Shown: positions 34,626 through 48,399, counted from the first letter of the whole stretch. The stretch is 63,814 bases of DNA, filler included, from Lama guanicoe (GCA_013239625.1; 195 parts of 195 records of this genome joined end to end with filler, not necessarily neighbours in it); one strand, 5' to 3'. Notes: generated by a model not told the origin, from the sequence alone. Numbers and translations: made by a program.

Positions 34626-36037
34626 NNNNNNNNNNNNNNNNNNNNNNNNNNNNNNNNNNNNNNNNNNNNTTAATTAATTAANNNNNNNNNNNNNNNNNNN
34701 NNNNNNNNNNNNNNNNNNNNNNNNNCCCCTCGCTTCATGCACAATAGAGAGAGGATAATGGCACCTTCTCTGACTGCTGCTCTTTAAAGTTAGCCGTATT
34801 CGTGAGGATGCTTACACGTTAATTTCAGTACTATATCTGGAAAGAGAAGTTCGAATGGGGATTATCCTAAGCCTCACCAGAAGCTACTCTTCCTCTCTAA
34901 AACCGCCATTAATGTAGCATAAAGTACATCTCTTTCATTGGATGCTATTAGCANNNNNNNNNNNNNNNNNNNNNNNNNNNNNNNNNNNNNNNNNNNNTTA
35001 ATTAATTAANNNNNNNNNNNNNNNNNNNNNNNNNNNNNNNNNNNNNNNNNNNNCATGGCCCTAGTGATGCTTGAAGTCAAGTTTGGAGGCATGGTGCTGA
35101 ATGATGCCTCTTTCCAAACCCCAGCTTTCATGGCTCTGAGATCCCAGATGATGCCAAGGTAGATCTTCTCAGAAGGAGGTCTTAGAGATCACGTGACAGG
35201 TCTTTTTCAGAACCAGTTCAATCAGTTGTGCGGATTTCTCCTTGTTCACACCGCATTCTGGCACTGACTCTTACGAAACCGNNNNNNNNNNNNNNNNNNN
35301 NNNNNNNNNNNNNNNNNNNNNNNNNTTAATTAATTAANNNNNNNNNNNNNNNNNNNNNNNNNNNNNNNNNNNNNNNNNNNNAGATTTTTTTTCATATTAT
35401 TATTTATGAATACTGTCCAAATGCAACCAATCTCCACTCTGTTTTGTCCACATATCCCCAATTCAGGGTTCACTCACACAAACCCAAAACTTTGCTTTAG
35501 TTCCCCAGGCAACAATATGAGAATTTACAAAAAAAAAAACAAAAAACAAAAAACAAAAGTGAATTTCTCTCAAAATCTTTACAATTTATGGAAATATAGG
35601 TGAGGCATGNNNNNNNNNNNNNNNNNNNNNNNNNNNNNNNNNNNNNNNNNNNNTTAATTAATTAANNNNNNNNNNNNNNNNNNNNNNNNNNNNNNNNNNN
35701 NNNNNNNNNACAGCACTGACTGTGGCATCCAGACGGGGAGTGACCCACCTGCCCACCGTGAAGGAGAGCAGCACCTGACCAAGTGTTGGAGGGGCGTGAT
35801 CTTCTTGCCGACAGACACTGTGAGTAGCATATACGAGGGGGCCAACAGAGCAAGGTGAGTTCGTGAAACAGGGCGAAGACACAAAGAACTCTCAATAAAA
35901 CCATTAAGAGCATTCAGTCTCTAGGAGAACACATCTTNNNNNNNNNNNNNNNNNNNNNNNNNNNNNNNNNNNNNNNNNNNNTTAATTAATTAANNNNNNN
36001 NNNNNNNNNNNNNNNNNNNNNNNNNNNNNNNNNNNNN

Positions 36038-36265
36038 GGCTGTTCCCTCTTTTGTTATGAATAATGCAGCTGTGAACATTCAGGTGTAGGTTTTTGTGTG
36101 GATGTGTTTTTATTTCTTATGGGCACGTACCTGGTGTGGAGTTGCTGAGTTTTATGGTGACTCTGTGTTTCATGTTTTGAGGAGTGGCCAGACTGTTTTC
36201 TAAAGTGGCTGTACCGTTTCACATTCCCAGTAGCATTGTGTGAGGGTTCCAGCTTCTCTGCATCC
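36038..36265 (-). mobile_element. LINE-1 (old L1M) fragment
   Basis: ATGAATAATGCAGCTGTGAACATT...GCCAGACTGTTTTCTAAAGTGGCTGTACC.TTTCACATTCCCA is antisense L1. Confidence 0.88.
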
Positions 36266-36365
36266 NNNNNNNNNNNNNNNNNNNNNNNNNNNNNNNNNNN
36301 NNNNNNNNNTTAATTAATTAANNNNNNNNNNNNNNNNNNNNNNNNNNNNNNNNNNNNNNNNNNNN

Positions 36366-36468
36366 ATGTGTATGTATGACTGAAACATTACGCTGTACAC
36401 CAGAAATTGACACAACTTTGTAAACTAACTATATCTCAATAAACAAACCAAACCAAACCAAAACAAAA
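36366..36468 (+). mobile_element. LINE-1 3' terminus with A-rich tail
   Basis: ATGACTGAAACATTACGCTGTACACCAGAAATTGACACAACTTTGTAAACTAACTATATCTCAATAAA followed by (AAACC)n. Confidence 0.9.
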
Positions 36469-39400
36469 GGTTACATTCCCTAGTCCTTTCTCCAAGTTGT
36501 CATCTACTGGCCCACTGGCCTTTTCAGTAACTTTGCATCCTCTCCCCAGGTCATGTGGAAACTTTCACACCCTCACTTGCTTTGTGCAGGGAANNNNNNN
36601 NNNNNNNNNNNNNNNNNNNNNNNNNNNNNNNNNNNNNTTAATTAATTAANNNNNNNNNNNNNNNNNNNNNNNNNNNNNNNNNNNNNNNNNNNNAACACTG
36701 TAAAATGATTATGAATCAATAAAAATGTAAAAAAAAATAAATTATATTAACTATATATTAATATAGGAATTACATAATAATTGTGTATAATAATATAGTG
36801 ATTTATCTGGAATAATTTTGCTCCCTTATTTTGTGATAATAAAAACATTATACTTAAGCATGTCAGGCTGTGTTTCTCTTTGCTGACCATAATCAACTTA
36901 TTTTAATGAAGGTTTGAACATNNNNNNNNNNNNNNNNNNNNNNNNNNNNNNNNNNNNNNNNNNNNTTAATTAATTAANNNNNNNNNNNNNNNNNNNNNNN
37001 NNNNNNNNNNNNNNNNNNNNNCGTTCATCTTGGCAGAAAGTCTTTTCACCCAGGGAGCTGTGGACCAAAATGAGTGTTTCAGCTCAGACGCAGAACACAT
37101 TTCATTTATTAGTCCAGATTTTTGTGACTTGGTTTTTTTTGTCACTGTGGTTCACAGACCTGGCACTGAACGGGGAGTCTAACCAAACCCTTTATCTGAT
37201 GTAAGGTGCAGAGGAAGCAGGCAAGACTCACCCCAAATGTTAGACATTCNNNNNNNNNNNNNNNNNNNNNNNNNNNNNNNNNNNNNNNNNNNNTTAATTA
37301 ATTAANNNNNNNNNNNNNNNNNNNNNNNNNNNNNNNNNNNNNNNNNNNNGGCTGACGCACGTTTGTGGAGGAAAACATGAAAAGGAGGCTGGCAGCCTTC
37401 CCACCCACCAACTTCCCAAGAATTGTTTGGCAGGAGCAAGTTTATGCACATTCCGTTCCAGGCTCCGGGCAAGTTCTGACACACAGAGAGGCGGGGAGGT
37501 GGGCAGAGACATGGGCAGAGACATGAGCAGAGACTTGGATGTGTGAGGAGGGGATTTGCCTCTGGCAGGGGCCCAGGNNNNNNNNNNNNNNNNNNNNNNN
37601 NNNNNNNNNNNNNNNNNNNNNTTAATTAATTAANNNNNNNNNNNNNNNNNNNNNNNNNNNNNNNNNNNNNNNNNNNNAACATGAAAACACTTGAAAATAT
37701 ATAGCACACTGGTAAAGCTAAGTATATAGTTAGATTCAGAATACTCTAAAACAATAATATGGTGGTATGTTAACTAATTAACCCTAGTATAAGGGTTAAG
37801 GAACAAAAATACTAAAAGCTGTGGTTGCTACAGTAGATTCACAAGAGATAAAGAGAAGGGAATCAAAGCACAGCACTATAGAAAGTTATCACTTCACAAA
37901 GGAAGNNNNNNNNNNNNNNNNNNNNNNNNNNNNNNNNNNNNNNNNNNNNTTAATTAATTAANNNNNNNNNNNNNNNNNNNNNNNNNNNNNNNNNNNNNNN
38001 NNNNNTTGGGCTTGGGTGACGCGTCAGCGTGGGGCGGTAAGAGGAAGCAAGACTTGAACATACACTTGACATTTTCAGCAGCCGTGCAATTATAGATGAG
38101 GACAAGAAGTCGCCTGGCCTGGAGACATGTGAAGACGTGCAATTAGGACGGCGCTGACTTGGCAGTGACACGGCAGATTCTGTTGTCAAGATCCCTCAAT
38201 AGTCTGTGATCACTCAGTCTGTCACGGCGACCANNNNNNNNNNNNNNNNNNNNNNNNNNNNNNNNNNNNNNNNNNNNTTAATTAATTAANNNNNNNNNNN
38301 NNNNNNNNNNNNNNNNNNNNNNNNNNNNNNNNNGACTGAAGGAAACGTCCCAGCTTCTCCGCAGCAAAGGTAAGTGCATGATGTTGTTCCTCCCACGGGG
38401 GCAGAGACGGTCTTTCAGATTCCGGAGGGCCCAGGGATCTCTGAGCCCCTGAAGGCTAAGCCAGGTAATTGGAGATCAGTGCCCACGAGGCTGCTGCCCA
38501 GTTTCTGGCTTAGTATGAATCAGGGGGCTATTGAGGGCTGAGAGACCCCTGGGTCTCTCTGNNNNNNNNNNNNNNNNNNNNNNNNNNNNNNNNNNNNNNN
38601 NNNNNTTAATTAATTAANNNNNNNNNNNNNNNNNNNNNNNNNNNNNNNNNNNNNNNNNNNNAACGCACAGTATAGTCTGGCTGTGTAGGAGGCACATGTG
38701 TGCACAGGGACTGTATGCAAGGATAATAGCAACCTGTTGGTAATGGTCATCTTGGTGGCCATTTGAATTGGATACGAGGGGTTGAGGGGGAGCAGAGAAG
38801 CCTAGGGGTGCTTTTAATTTGTATTTTATGTATTTTACTATTTATTCCAATTAACATATGTTACTTTCTAAATGCTGCAAAAACTCATTNNNNNNNNNNN
38901 NNNNNNNNNNNNNNNNNNNNNNNNNNNNNNNNNTTAATTAATTAANNNNNNNNNNNNNNNNNNNNNNNNNNNNNNNNNNNNNNNNNNNNCTGCCCAAGGC
39001 ATGATGAGGGTGTGTGACCCGTGGTCAGGCTCAGAAAACGATCATTCCTTCTTTCCAAGACCATGTCCTTCCAATGCCAGGCAAATCCCATAAGCTTTCT
39101 GGTAGCCTAACATCCACCTTCTGGGCCACTGACAAGGACAAGGAGGTTTATTAAGGTTCCTGATTCCGCCGCCCACTGTCTCCCCAGGCTCCTAGAGCTC
39201 CACCCACAGGGGCCCCANNNNNNNNNNNNNNNNNNNNNNNNNNNNNNNNNNNNNNNNNNNNTTAATTAATTAANNNNNNNNNNNNNNNNNNNNNNNNNNN
39301 NNNNNNNNNNNNNNNNNGAGGGGGCCGAGCACCCACCTGGCCCGGCAGGCACCCACCATGCCTGCCACCCCCACACGTCGCTGGGAAGACCGCAGTAATT

Positions 39401-41613
39401 ACACCTTCCTGCTACTCTAAGCCAGCGAGACCAGAACAGCAACAGTCGCTGCTGCCTGGGGAGGCTCCTTACAGAATCCTGAGCCTCCCTCAGCAACAGC
39501 AACCGCCCCTAAAAAGCCTCCGCGCTCCTCTTCCACTTGGAAAGCNNNNNNNNNNNNNNNNNNNNNNNNNNNNNNNNNNNNNNNNNNNNTTAATTAATTA
39601 ANNNNNNNNNNNNNNNNNNNNNNNNNNNNNNNNNNNNNNNNNNNNCTGTGGCTTTGCTCTGTCTATTCCGCAGAGATCAGGGCTGGAATGTCACTTTGTA
39701 AATCTCCCGTGTCTGGCAGCTGCCTGCTCGGGGCCAATGAGCAGATAAGCCACGAACGCAGGGATGGGGAATTTCCATCCTCCGAGGCGACAGGACCCAG
39801 ACACGTCTTCCCGGCTCTCAGGGGTCTACCGTGCCCCAGTCTTGCTTCACGCTGGCACCTCCCCCCCGTCCTTNNNNNNNNNNNNNNNNNNNNNNNNNNN
39901 NNNNNNNNNNNNNNNNNTTAATTAATTAANNNNNNNNNNNNNNNNNNNNNNNNNNNNNNNNNNNNNNNNNNNNTAAGCTCCTGGCGGTTCACGATTTTTC
40001 CCTTGGACAAAAGAAGAAAAACGTTAGAAGGCAGTAGCATCCATGATGTAGGTACTTACTAAATATAAATAGTACAATTTTTTCCTTGGGTAAAAGGGAA
40101 ACACCATGAAAACAGGTGTCATAAATAATCCAGATACTTCATACATGTGGATGGCTGGGCAGAGTAGCCTGAGTGTGGGATATGGGGACGTGGCAGCTGT
40201 GNNNNNNNNNNNNNNNNNNNNNNNNNNNNNNNNNNNNNNNNNNNNTTAATTAATTAANNNNNNNNNNNNNNNNNNNNNNNNNNNNNNNNNNNNNNNNNNN
40301 NGGGGGGGCTCACACTAGAGGCTCCCTGCAGGGGAGTCAAGGAATAAACACATTCTGTCTGGGCTCTGCATACAGTTTTTGCTCAATTCAGACTGCGATC
40401 AATGTGAAGACAGACTCAATCCGTGACAGATGCTGGTACAGCGTATCTGGCGCTGTACGTGGCAGCTGTCAAATCAAACACTAACTATTCACCCACGAAA
40501 ACATACCTGTACACAAATAAATTCGCCAGNNNNNNNNNNNNNNNNNNNNNNNNNNNNNNNNNNNNNNNNNNNNTTAATTAATTAANNNNNNNNNNNNNNN
40601 NNNNNNNNNNNNNNNNNNNNNNNNNNNNNACCAGGGTGCTGTCCAGGGGTTCTGGATTCACGGGAGACCCCTGCAACCGACGGGAAACACGTGAACCCTG
40701 GTTCCGTGTCAGATCAGCAGTCTTCCGAATGTGAGCGGGCGGGACCTCGGAGCCCCGGGGCCCTGGCGAGGGTTACGTACCAGGGACACACAGGGCGCTT
40801 TCATCACGCAGCTGCTGTCTGAGAAAAGGCCGACTGGCACCCTCACGGGCTTGGGAANNNNNNNNNNNNNNNNNNNNNNNNNNNNNNNNNNNNNNNNNNN
40901 NTTAATTAATTAANNNNNNNNNNNNNNNNNNNNNNNNNNNNNNNNNNNNNNNNNNNNCTAATCATACAATTTATCTCTTTAACCCACACAGACAGGGGTG
41001 AAGAGTCATTGTCATCTTTTGTTTGGAACAATAAACATTTACAAACGTGTAAATGTGCTACCATTTGAGATGTCTAAGTTTCACATTTTTAATGTGTTTT
41101 ACCATATTATTAGAAAGTGTATATCTTTTGTGAGTGATATATGAATTAAATGAATATTCTTTTAAACTAATTTAATATGTTTATGNNNNNNNNNNNNNNN
41201 NNNNNNNNNNNNNNNNNNNNNNNNNNNNNTTAATTAATTAANNNNNNNNNNNNNNNNNNNNNNNNNNNNNNNNNNNNNNNNNNNNCCTCCGTGGGCCATC
41301 TCCCGGGCCCGGCCCCGGGGCCCCAGGCTGGGCAAGCAGGCATGGCCCGGCTTGATCTCGGACAGGGCACAGGGAGGCCAGGCAGCCAAACCAGCCCAAC
41401 TGCGCGGTGGGCTGGGCTCAGGCCACAGCCGGGCGGCTGTGCTGATGGCTCTCAGAGAGGCTCAGGAAGCCCCTGTCGTCTCAGCCAGGAGCTGGGCCCG
41501 GCGGCTGCTGTCTNNNNNNNNNNNNNNNNNNNNNNNNNNNNNNNNNNNNNNNNNNNNTTAATTAATTAANNNNNNNNNNNNNNNNNNNNNNNNNNNNNNN
41601 NNNNNNNNNNNNN

Positions 41614-41841
41614 CAAAGGATTCCATAAACAAAATAAAAAGACAATCTACAGAATGGGAAAACACATTTGCAAATGATGAAACTGACAAGGCATTAAGTT
41701 CCAAAATATACAAATAGCTCATACAACTTAATATAAAAGAAAACAACCAACCCAATCAAAAAATGGACAGAAGACTTAACGAGACATTTCTCTAAGAAGA
41801 TACACAGATGGCCAACAGGCACATGAAAAGATGCTCAACAT
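41614..41841 (+). mobile_element. LINE-1 ORF2 fragment
   Basis: INKIKRQSTEWENTFANDETDKALSSKIYK*LIQLN...EDTQMANRHMKRCST. Confidence 0.95.
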
Positions 41842-42269
41842 NNNNNNNNNNNNNNNNNNNNNNNNNNNNNNNNNNNNNNNNNNNNTTAATTAATTAANNN
41901 NNNNNNNNNNNNNNNNNNNNNNNNNNNNNNNNNNNNNNNNNTCAGTTCTTAATTCTGCAAGCCCTTGGGGGCCAGGGCCTTGCTCTCTTCTGATGAATCC
42001 CACAGCTACATACTGTCTGATACATATACACATTCATACCGTTGTTGAATAAATAAAGAAACAATAGTAACAATGCACAGAATTTTAAAACATTTTAATA
42101 TTTAAATTTTAATATTAAATATTTAATATTTAAGAAATAATCTCCTAAAACCCTATCCTTATGTTTCTTNNNNNNNNNNNNNNNNNNNNNNNNNNNNNNN
42201 NNNNNNNNNNNNNTTAATTAATTAANNNNNNNNNNNNNNNNNNNNNNNNNNNNNNNNNNNNNNNNNNNN

Positions 42270-42496
42270 TTATTTACAAAACAGAAATAGACTCACAGAC
42301 ATAGAAAACAAACTTACTTGCAGATACTAACTACTATACATAAAATAGGCAAACAAGTTTCTACTGTATAGCACAGGGAACTGTATTCAATTTCTTATAG
42401 TGACCTATAATGAAAAAGAATATGAAAATGAATATATATGTGTGTTTGTATGACTGAAGTATTATGCTGTACACCAGAAACTGACACAACATTGTA
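42270..42496 (+). mobile_element. LINE-1 3' UTR (internally deleted)
   Basis: ACAAAACAGAAATAGACTCACAGACATAGAAAACAAACTT...CTACTGTATAGCACAGGGAAC...GCTGTACACCAGAAA. Confidence 0.92.
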
Positions 42497-43252
42497 NNNN
42501 NNNNNNNNNNNNNNNNNNNNNNNNNNNNNNNNNNNNNNNNTTAATTAATTAANNNNNNNNNNNNNNNNNNNNNNNNNNNNNNNNNNNNNNNNNNNNATTT
42601 GAGAATGGAATAGGAGCTTTGACATAATCTAATCCAAATGAATGCCCAGAGTTTTGAGTGACTGGCCTCCAGTTACTCCGTGAGTTAAGAATAGAACCAG
42701 AAATAGCTTTGGTCTTGCCGCTATCTGTGTGCCTGCCTGTGGGAATTCTTTTAATTCTCTTCTTCTGATTTGTTTGTCTGTGGTTATGAAACATGATTAA
42801 TTTTATTAGAACTGTAAATTCCTTNNNNNNNNNNNNNNNNNNNNNNNNNNNNNNNNNNNNNNNNNNNNTTAATTAATTAANNNNNNNNNNNNNNNNNNNN
42901 NNNNNNNNNNNNNNNNNNNNNNNNCACAATGAGATGAGTAAGAGGGGCAGAATTGGGGTGATGCTGGTGAAACTCTCCAGTCAAAAGGCCTTACCGTTTG
43001 CTCTGAGTCCTTGAACAAACAATATAATCTTCTTGTAATTCAGTTTCCCTTCTTATTATTGGGTACAAATCACTTACATGGCTATATCATAATTATGGTG
43101 TGCTGATTAAGCCATTAATGAATGGATAAACACTGAAAATTACACTGAATTTNNNNNNNNNNNNNNNNNNNNNNNNNNNNNNNNNNNNNNNNNNNNTTAA
43201 TTAATTAANNNNNNNNNNNNNNNNNNNNNNNNNNNNNNNNNNNNNNNNNNNN

Positions 43253-43479
43253 CATATAAATTTTATTATGATTTGTTTTAGTTCTGTGAAATATGTCCTG
43301 GATAATTTGATCGGGATTGCATTAAATCTGTAGATTGCCTTGGACCGTTTGACCATTTTGACAATATTGATTCTTCCAATCCAAGAGCATAGGAAAACTT
43401 TCCATTTTTTAAAGTCTTCTTTCTTCTATCATTTCCTTCATCAATGGTTTATAGTTTTCTGTGCATAATTCTTTCACCT
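43253..43479 (-). mobile_element. LINE-1 ORF2 (RT C-terminal) fragment
   Basis: GGGATTGCATTAAATCTGTAGATTGC...ACAATATTGATTCTTCCAATCCAAGAGCAT is the antisense of [12 protein letters not shown]...[11 protein letters not shown]. Confidence 0.95.
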
Positions 43480-43579
43480 NNNNNNNNNNNNNNNNNNNNN
43501 NNNNNNNNNNNNNNNNNNNNNNNTTAATTAATTAANNNNNNNNNNNNNNNNNNNNNNNNNNNNNNNNNNNNNNNNNNNN

Positions 43580-43760
43580 ATGTCTTGAATTTCTCCACTT
43601 CATCTCCACTGTTGTCACTGTAGTCCAAGCCAAACCATCACCATCTCTCTTGTACCTTTGCAGAAAGTCCTTAACATGCCTAACACCTTTTCTCTTGCTC
43701 TTCCCTGACCCAGTCTCCATTTTGAAGCACCAGAGTGATCTTTTAAAAACGTAAATTGAT
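43580..43760 (+). mobile_element. LINE-2 fragment
   Basis: CCACTTCATCTCCACTG...TAGTCCAAGCC...CATCTCTC...CCAGAGTGATCTTTTAAAA resembles the L2 3' region. Confidence 0.7.
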
Positions 43761-46700
43761 GTTAATTAATGACATGACTCATTTTCTTATTTATGCTTTT
43801 CTTTTGGNNNNNNNNNNNNNNNNNNNNNNNNNNNNNNNNNNNNNNNNNNNNTTAATTAATTAANNNNNNNNNNNNNNNNNNNNNNNNNNNNNNNNNNNNN
43901 NNNNNNNTGTGCCTGGTGTGCTGGTACAGCTGGGGGTTTCCTAACAAAACCTGGTAATTCTCCAGGATGTGAGATTTTCTGGAGGAGGAAAGACGCATTG
44001 TCACCATCATGTCTGAGTGTGAGCTAGTTCTCTTTCCCTGAGTCCTCTTCTAACTGCCCACATGCCTCTGGACCCCTCTAACCCACATGCCAGGCAGCTT
44101 TTGCCTCCCCATTTTTAATGGTCAGGAGCCCTTCTNNNNNNNNNNNNNNNNNNNNNNNNNNNNNNNNNNNNNNNNNNNNTTAATTAATTAANNNNNNNNN
44201 NNNNNNNNNNNNNNNNNNNNNNNNNNNNNNNNNNNTCTGTTTCCCCAGTCTATGGGGAAAGAGACTCATACATCAGTGATTTCATCACAATGGGAAGTAT
44301 TCCATGGTAGACCTTCAACCAGGGGATTATGGGAACACAGTAGAGGGGAAGGAGCAGGGCCACCACAGCTGCCACCTAACTGATGGGTAGAAGCTGAGGA
44401 GTTTCTGAAAGATGTGTGTGTGTGTCTCCAAGAAGATGCAGAGCAAGTACCCAGGAAAGGAGGNNNNNNNNNNNNNNNNNNNNNNNNNNNNNNNNNNNNN
44501 NNNNNNNTTAATTAATTAANNNNNNNNNNNNNNNNNNNNNNNNNNNNNNNNNNNNNNNNNNNNGAAGCCAGGTGTCTGTCCTGCTCAGGCTTCGCCGGGC
44601 TCCAGCAAACAGCAATCACAGAGAGATGCCACCCTCCCTGTCTGAGGTGAACGGCCTTTGGTGCGTCTTCCTGGCAGAGGATGTACTGGTGCACGCAGGG
44701 CACGCGTGCGCTGGGACGCCAGCTGCCGGCTGCGCTCCTGCTCCGAGGGGTTGACGTTTGGTGACGCACTGAGGGCTCCCTCTCTGGCCTGNNNNNNNNN
44801 NNNNNNNNNNNNNNNNNNNNNNNNNNNNNNNNNNNTTAATTAATTAANNNNNNNNNNNNNNNNNNNNNNNNNNNNNNNNNNNNNNNNNNNNAGAGAGACA
44901 GTAACAAAAATTTATTTCAGCTTTACTGAGGTCCTGAGGTAGAAATAAAATAGTAACGTATTTAAAATGTACAATGTGATGATTTGATACATGTGTATGC
45001 ATTATGAAAGGATTTCCGCAATTGAGTTGATTAACTCATCCATCATCTTAAACATTTTACTCTTCTTTTTTTTTTTTTTTTTGGTGAGAAAACTTAACTT
45101 GAACCCTCTCAGCAAATTTNNNNNNNNNNNNNNNNNNNNNNNNNNNNNNNNNNNNNNNNNNNNTTAATTAATTAANNNNNNNNNNNNNNNNNNNNNNNNN
45201 NNNNNNNNNNNNNNNNNNNAGGGCCGGGGCGGCAGGCCACAGAGCTGCTGAGGTGACTTTCCAGTGACACACCCAGAGAGCGGATCTGCAGGGGTAGTGT
45301 AAGTGGAGGAGCTGGTTTCGAGGTGATGCTTCTGTGTGTGGCATTTTGAGTGCGAAGTGTTTATGGGACATCTGAGGGCTGATGTCCATTGTTAACCTGG
45401 ATTCACCAGTCAGGAGCTCAGAAGAGCTGTGGGTGAGGCCGTGGGGGNNNNNNNNNNNNNNNNNNNNNNNNNNNNNNNNNNNNNNNNNNNNTTAATTAAT
45501 TAANNNNNNNNNNNNNNNNNNNNNNNNNNNNNNNNNNNNNNNNNNNNCGGGGTGGGCAGGCCGGACCACACAGCGCTGCGCGGGCCCTGGGGGTCTGGCT
45601 TTCCTCGGAGGAGTGCAGTGAGGAGCCTGGCATGCTCTGGCTAGGGCAGTGCTGGGGCCTGGTGTCCCAACACAATATTGTAAATCAACTGTGCTTCAAT
45701 AAAAAAAAAGCCCCCCAACGTGGTTTGAGTGCCCGGGGGGCCACCTTGGCACTGTCTTCCTCCCCGAGGCCCAGCNNNNNNNNNNNNNNNNNNNNNNNNN
45801 NNNNNNNNNNNNNNNNNNNTTAATTAATTAANNNNNNNNNNNNNNNNNNNNNNNNNNNNNNNNNNNNNNNNNNNNAGTGGTGTCACACCTAAGGCACTGG
45901 CATGCATTATAATAGATCATTTAGATTTGAATAATGTGGGATTTCTTCTATTAAATTTCCAGGGAAAAATGAAAATAAAAAAAATTAATTTCCATTATTT
46001 TTCATAAATTTGAGTCTGTAAAATCTAAATTTAAGATTCTTCTATTCCCAGTGCTTTTTCTGCATGTTCAGCTGGCCTCCAACCAGATGGCTGATTAGAT
46101 TTTNNNNNNNNNNNNNNNNNNNNNNNNNNNNNNNNNNNNNNNNNNNNTTAATTAATTAANNNNNNNNNNNNNNNNNNNNNNNNNNNNNNNNNNNNNNNNN
46201 NNNTTCCCAACAAGCTCGGTGAAGGACGGCTTTCACACATGCTTAACTCTCAGAACAGAACATGTGGAGAGACGTTCGTTCACCTAGCATAAAGGAAACG
46301 GGTTACAGGCGAAGCACTCACTCTGGTTTCTCAGTGTGTTACAGAGTGCCTGTTTGAAGTTCCTGCAGCATTCAATGTAACAGACTTGGAGCTTGTACCT
46401 CCCCATATTTATGTATGGAGTGGAGTTTGCANNNNNNNNNNNNNNNNNNNNNNNNNNNNNNNNNNNNNNNNNNNNTTAATTAATTAANNNNNNNNNNNNN
46501 NNNNNNNNNNNNNNNNNNNNNNNNNNNNNNNTTGATGCTAAAAATTTTCACGTAATTGAAAAGATTTTAAAACATTTACCTGGGCTTAAATGCTGATTTC
46601 CATTAATTGAAGAAACTAAGAGGTTAAATGTTATCTGAACATTTGTGATAGTTCTGTTACCAGACACGGCTACTGAAAGGCAGCTGCCTAAGTGGCGTGG

Positions 46701-47187
46701 TACCTAAGGCGGAAATGGAGAAGTGGAGGTCTTACTGACAATGATGTCGCCCAACCTGTNNNNNNNNNNNNNNNNNNNNNNNNNNNNNNNNNNNNNNNNN
46801 NNNTTAATTAATTAANNNNNNNNNNNNNNNNNNNNNNNNNNNNNNNNNNNNNNNNNNNNCCAGTTGGAGCAGCCACGTGTGCCACGGTCTGCACCTGGTC
46901 CCTGCCCAGCCCAGCTGCTGCTCACTTATCATGCCCTGTATCCTCACTCCAGCTGCAGAAGCCGGCCCCAGGGGCTGGCGCTCCACTGGCCTTGGGGAGG
47001 GCACATATCTGTGTCATGGCACTAGAGAAATTCTCACGGGAAGAGGGGAATAAAAGTTACCTTGATTCTTAGTCACCTGAAAAAAAANNNNNNNNNNNNN
47101 NNNNNNNNNNNNNNNNNNNNNNNNNNNNNNNTTAATTAATTAANNNNNNNNNNNNNNNNNNNNNNNNNNNNNNNNNNNNNNNNNNNN

Positions 47188-47316
47188 GAAGCTCCTATGT
47201 GTATGTATATAATTAAGTTTTTCTTTTCCTTGTTAACCTGCCTTACATCAAACTTAATTCTCAGACCAGCCGCAGAACCTAGAAAAATAAAAAGGAAAAA
47301 AATTTTCTCCCCCACA
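47188..47316 (+). mobile_element. ERV1 LTR 3' end (U5)
   Basis: CTTGTTAACCTGCCTTA...AATTCTCAGACCAGCC..AGAACCTAGAA...AAATTTTCTCCCCCACA ends in the LTR-terminal CA. Confidence 0.6.
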
Positions 47317-48171
47317 TACTGTGCCACAAAAACCTCACTTGGGGGACACAGAAAAAAGTAACTTTAAGAATATAAGCCTCTTTCACCTCCCCTGGTAATG
47401 TGCGTGCAGAGAAGANNNNNNNNNNNNNNNNNNNNNNNNNNNNNNNNNNNNNNNNNNNNTTAATTAATTAANNNNNNNNNNNNNNNNNNNNNNNNNNNNN
47501 NNNNNNNNNNNNNNNCTCCTCTATGTGCATTGGAGAATTACAAACAAATGTTATAAAACCATTTCCAGAAATAATTATTTTGCCAAACTTCATTAAACTT
47601 AAGGCTATAACTAATTAAAAAAAACCAAAAACCAACCAAATGAAACAACATTTGTTCTTTGATTCTAATTTAGGAGCTGAAAGAACAAAGAAAAACTTTG
47701 AGCTTCATGGTAGCAGCAAGAAAAATCTTGATAATATGTGTTANNNNNNNNNNNNNNNNNNNNNNNNNNNNNNNNNNNNNNNNNNNNTTAATTAATTAAN
47801 NNNNNNNNNNNNNNNNNNNNNNNNNNNNNNNNNNNNNNNNNNNCCGTGGCAAACACGAGGTGCCTTTGCAGGACCCACTCCCACGCCCCTGCCGCCTCGG
47901 TCGGCTCGCCGCCGTCACAGAGCGCCACGGACCAGGCGGCTGGCGTGAAGGCGCTTCTCGGCTCCTGGAGGCCGGAGTCCGGGCCGAGTGCCGCAGGGCC
48001 CGTCCCCTGAGACGCCCCTCCCCGTGGTGCCGACGCCCGCCTGCTGCCCTTCCTCGCACGTGCCGCCCTGANNNNNNNNNNNNNNNNNNNNNNNNNNNNN
48101 NNNNNNNNNNNNNNNTTAATTAATTAANNNNNNNNNNNNNNNNNNNNNNNNNNNNNNNNNNNNNNNNNNNN

Positions 48172-48399
48172 AAGACAGCTGAAAGGACAGAACATAATTA
48201 AATAAAATAAAGATTAAAAAGAGAAACAACTAAAGAAACTACATAATGGCTTTTGAAAGATAAATAAAATTGATAAACTTTAACCAGACGCATGAGCAAA
48301 AAAGAGAATACAGATAGAAAAGCTGCAAAAAATGAGAAGTTACAGCTTATATCAAAGAAATGCAAAGCATCATAAGATGATACAACAAATTATATGCCA
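48172..48399 (+). mobile_element. LINE-1 ORF2 fragment
   Basis: TTTGAAAGATAAATAAAATTGATAAACTTTAACCAGAC corresponds to FEKINKIDKPLARL; ends AACAAATTATATGCCA. Confidence 0.85.

Noticed and set aside
35816..35822. V(D)J RSS heptamer CACAGTG on the minus strand
   Set aside because: No nonamer at 12- or 23-bp spacing and no V-exon YYC motif upstream.
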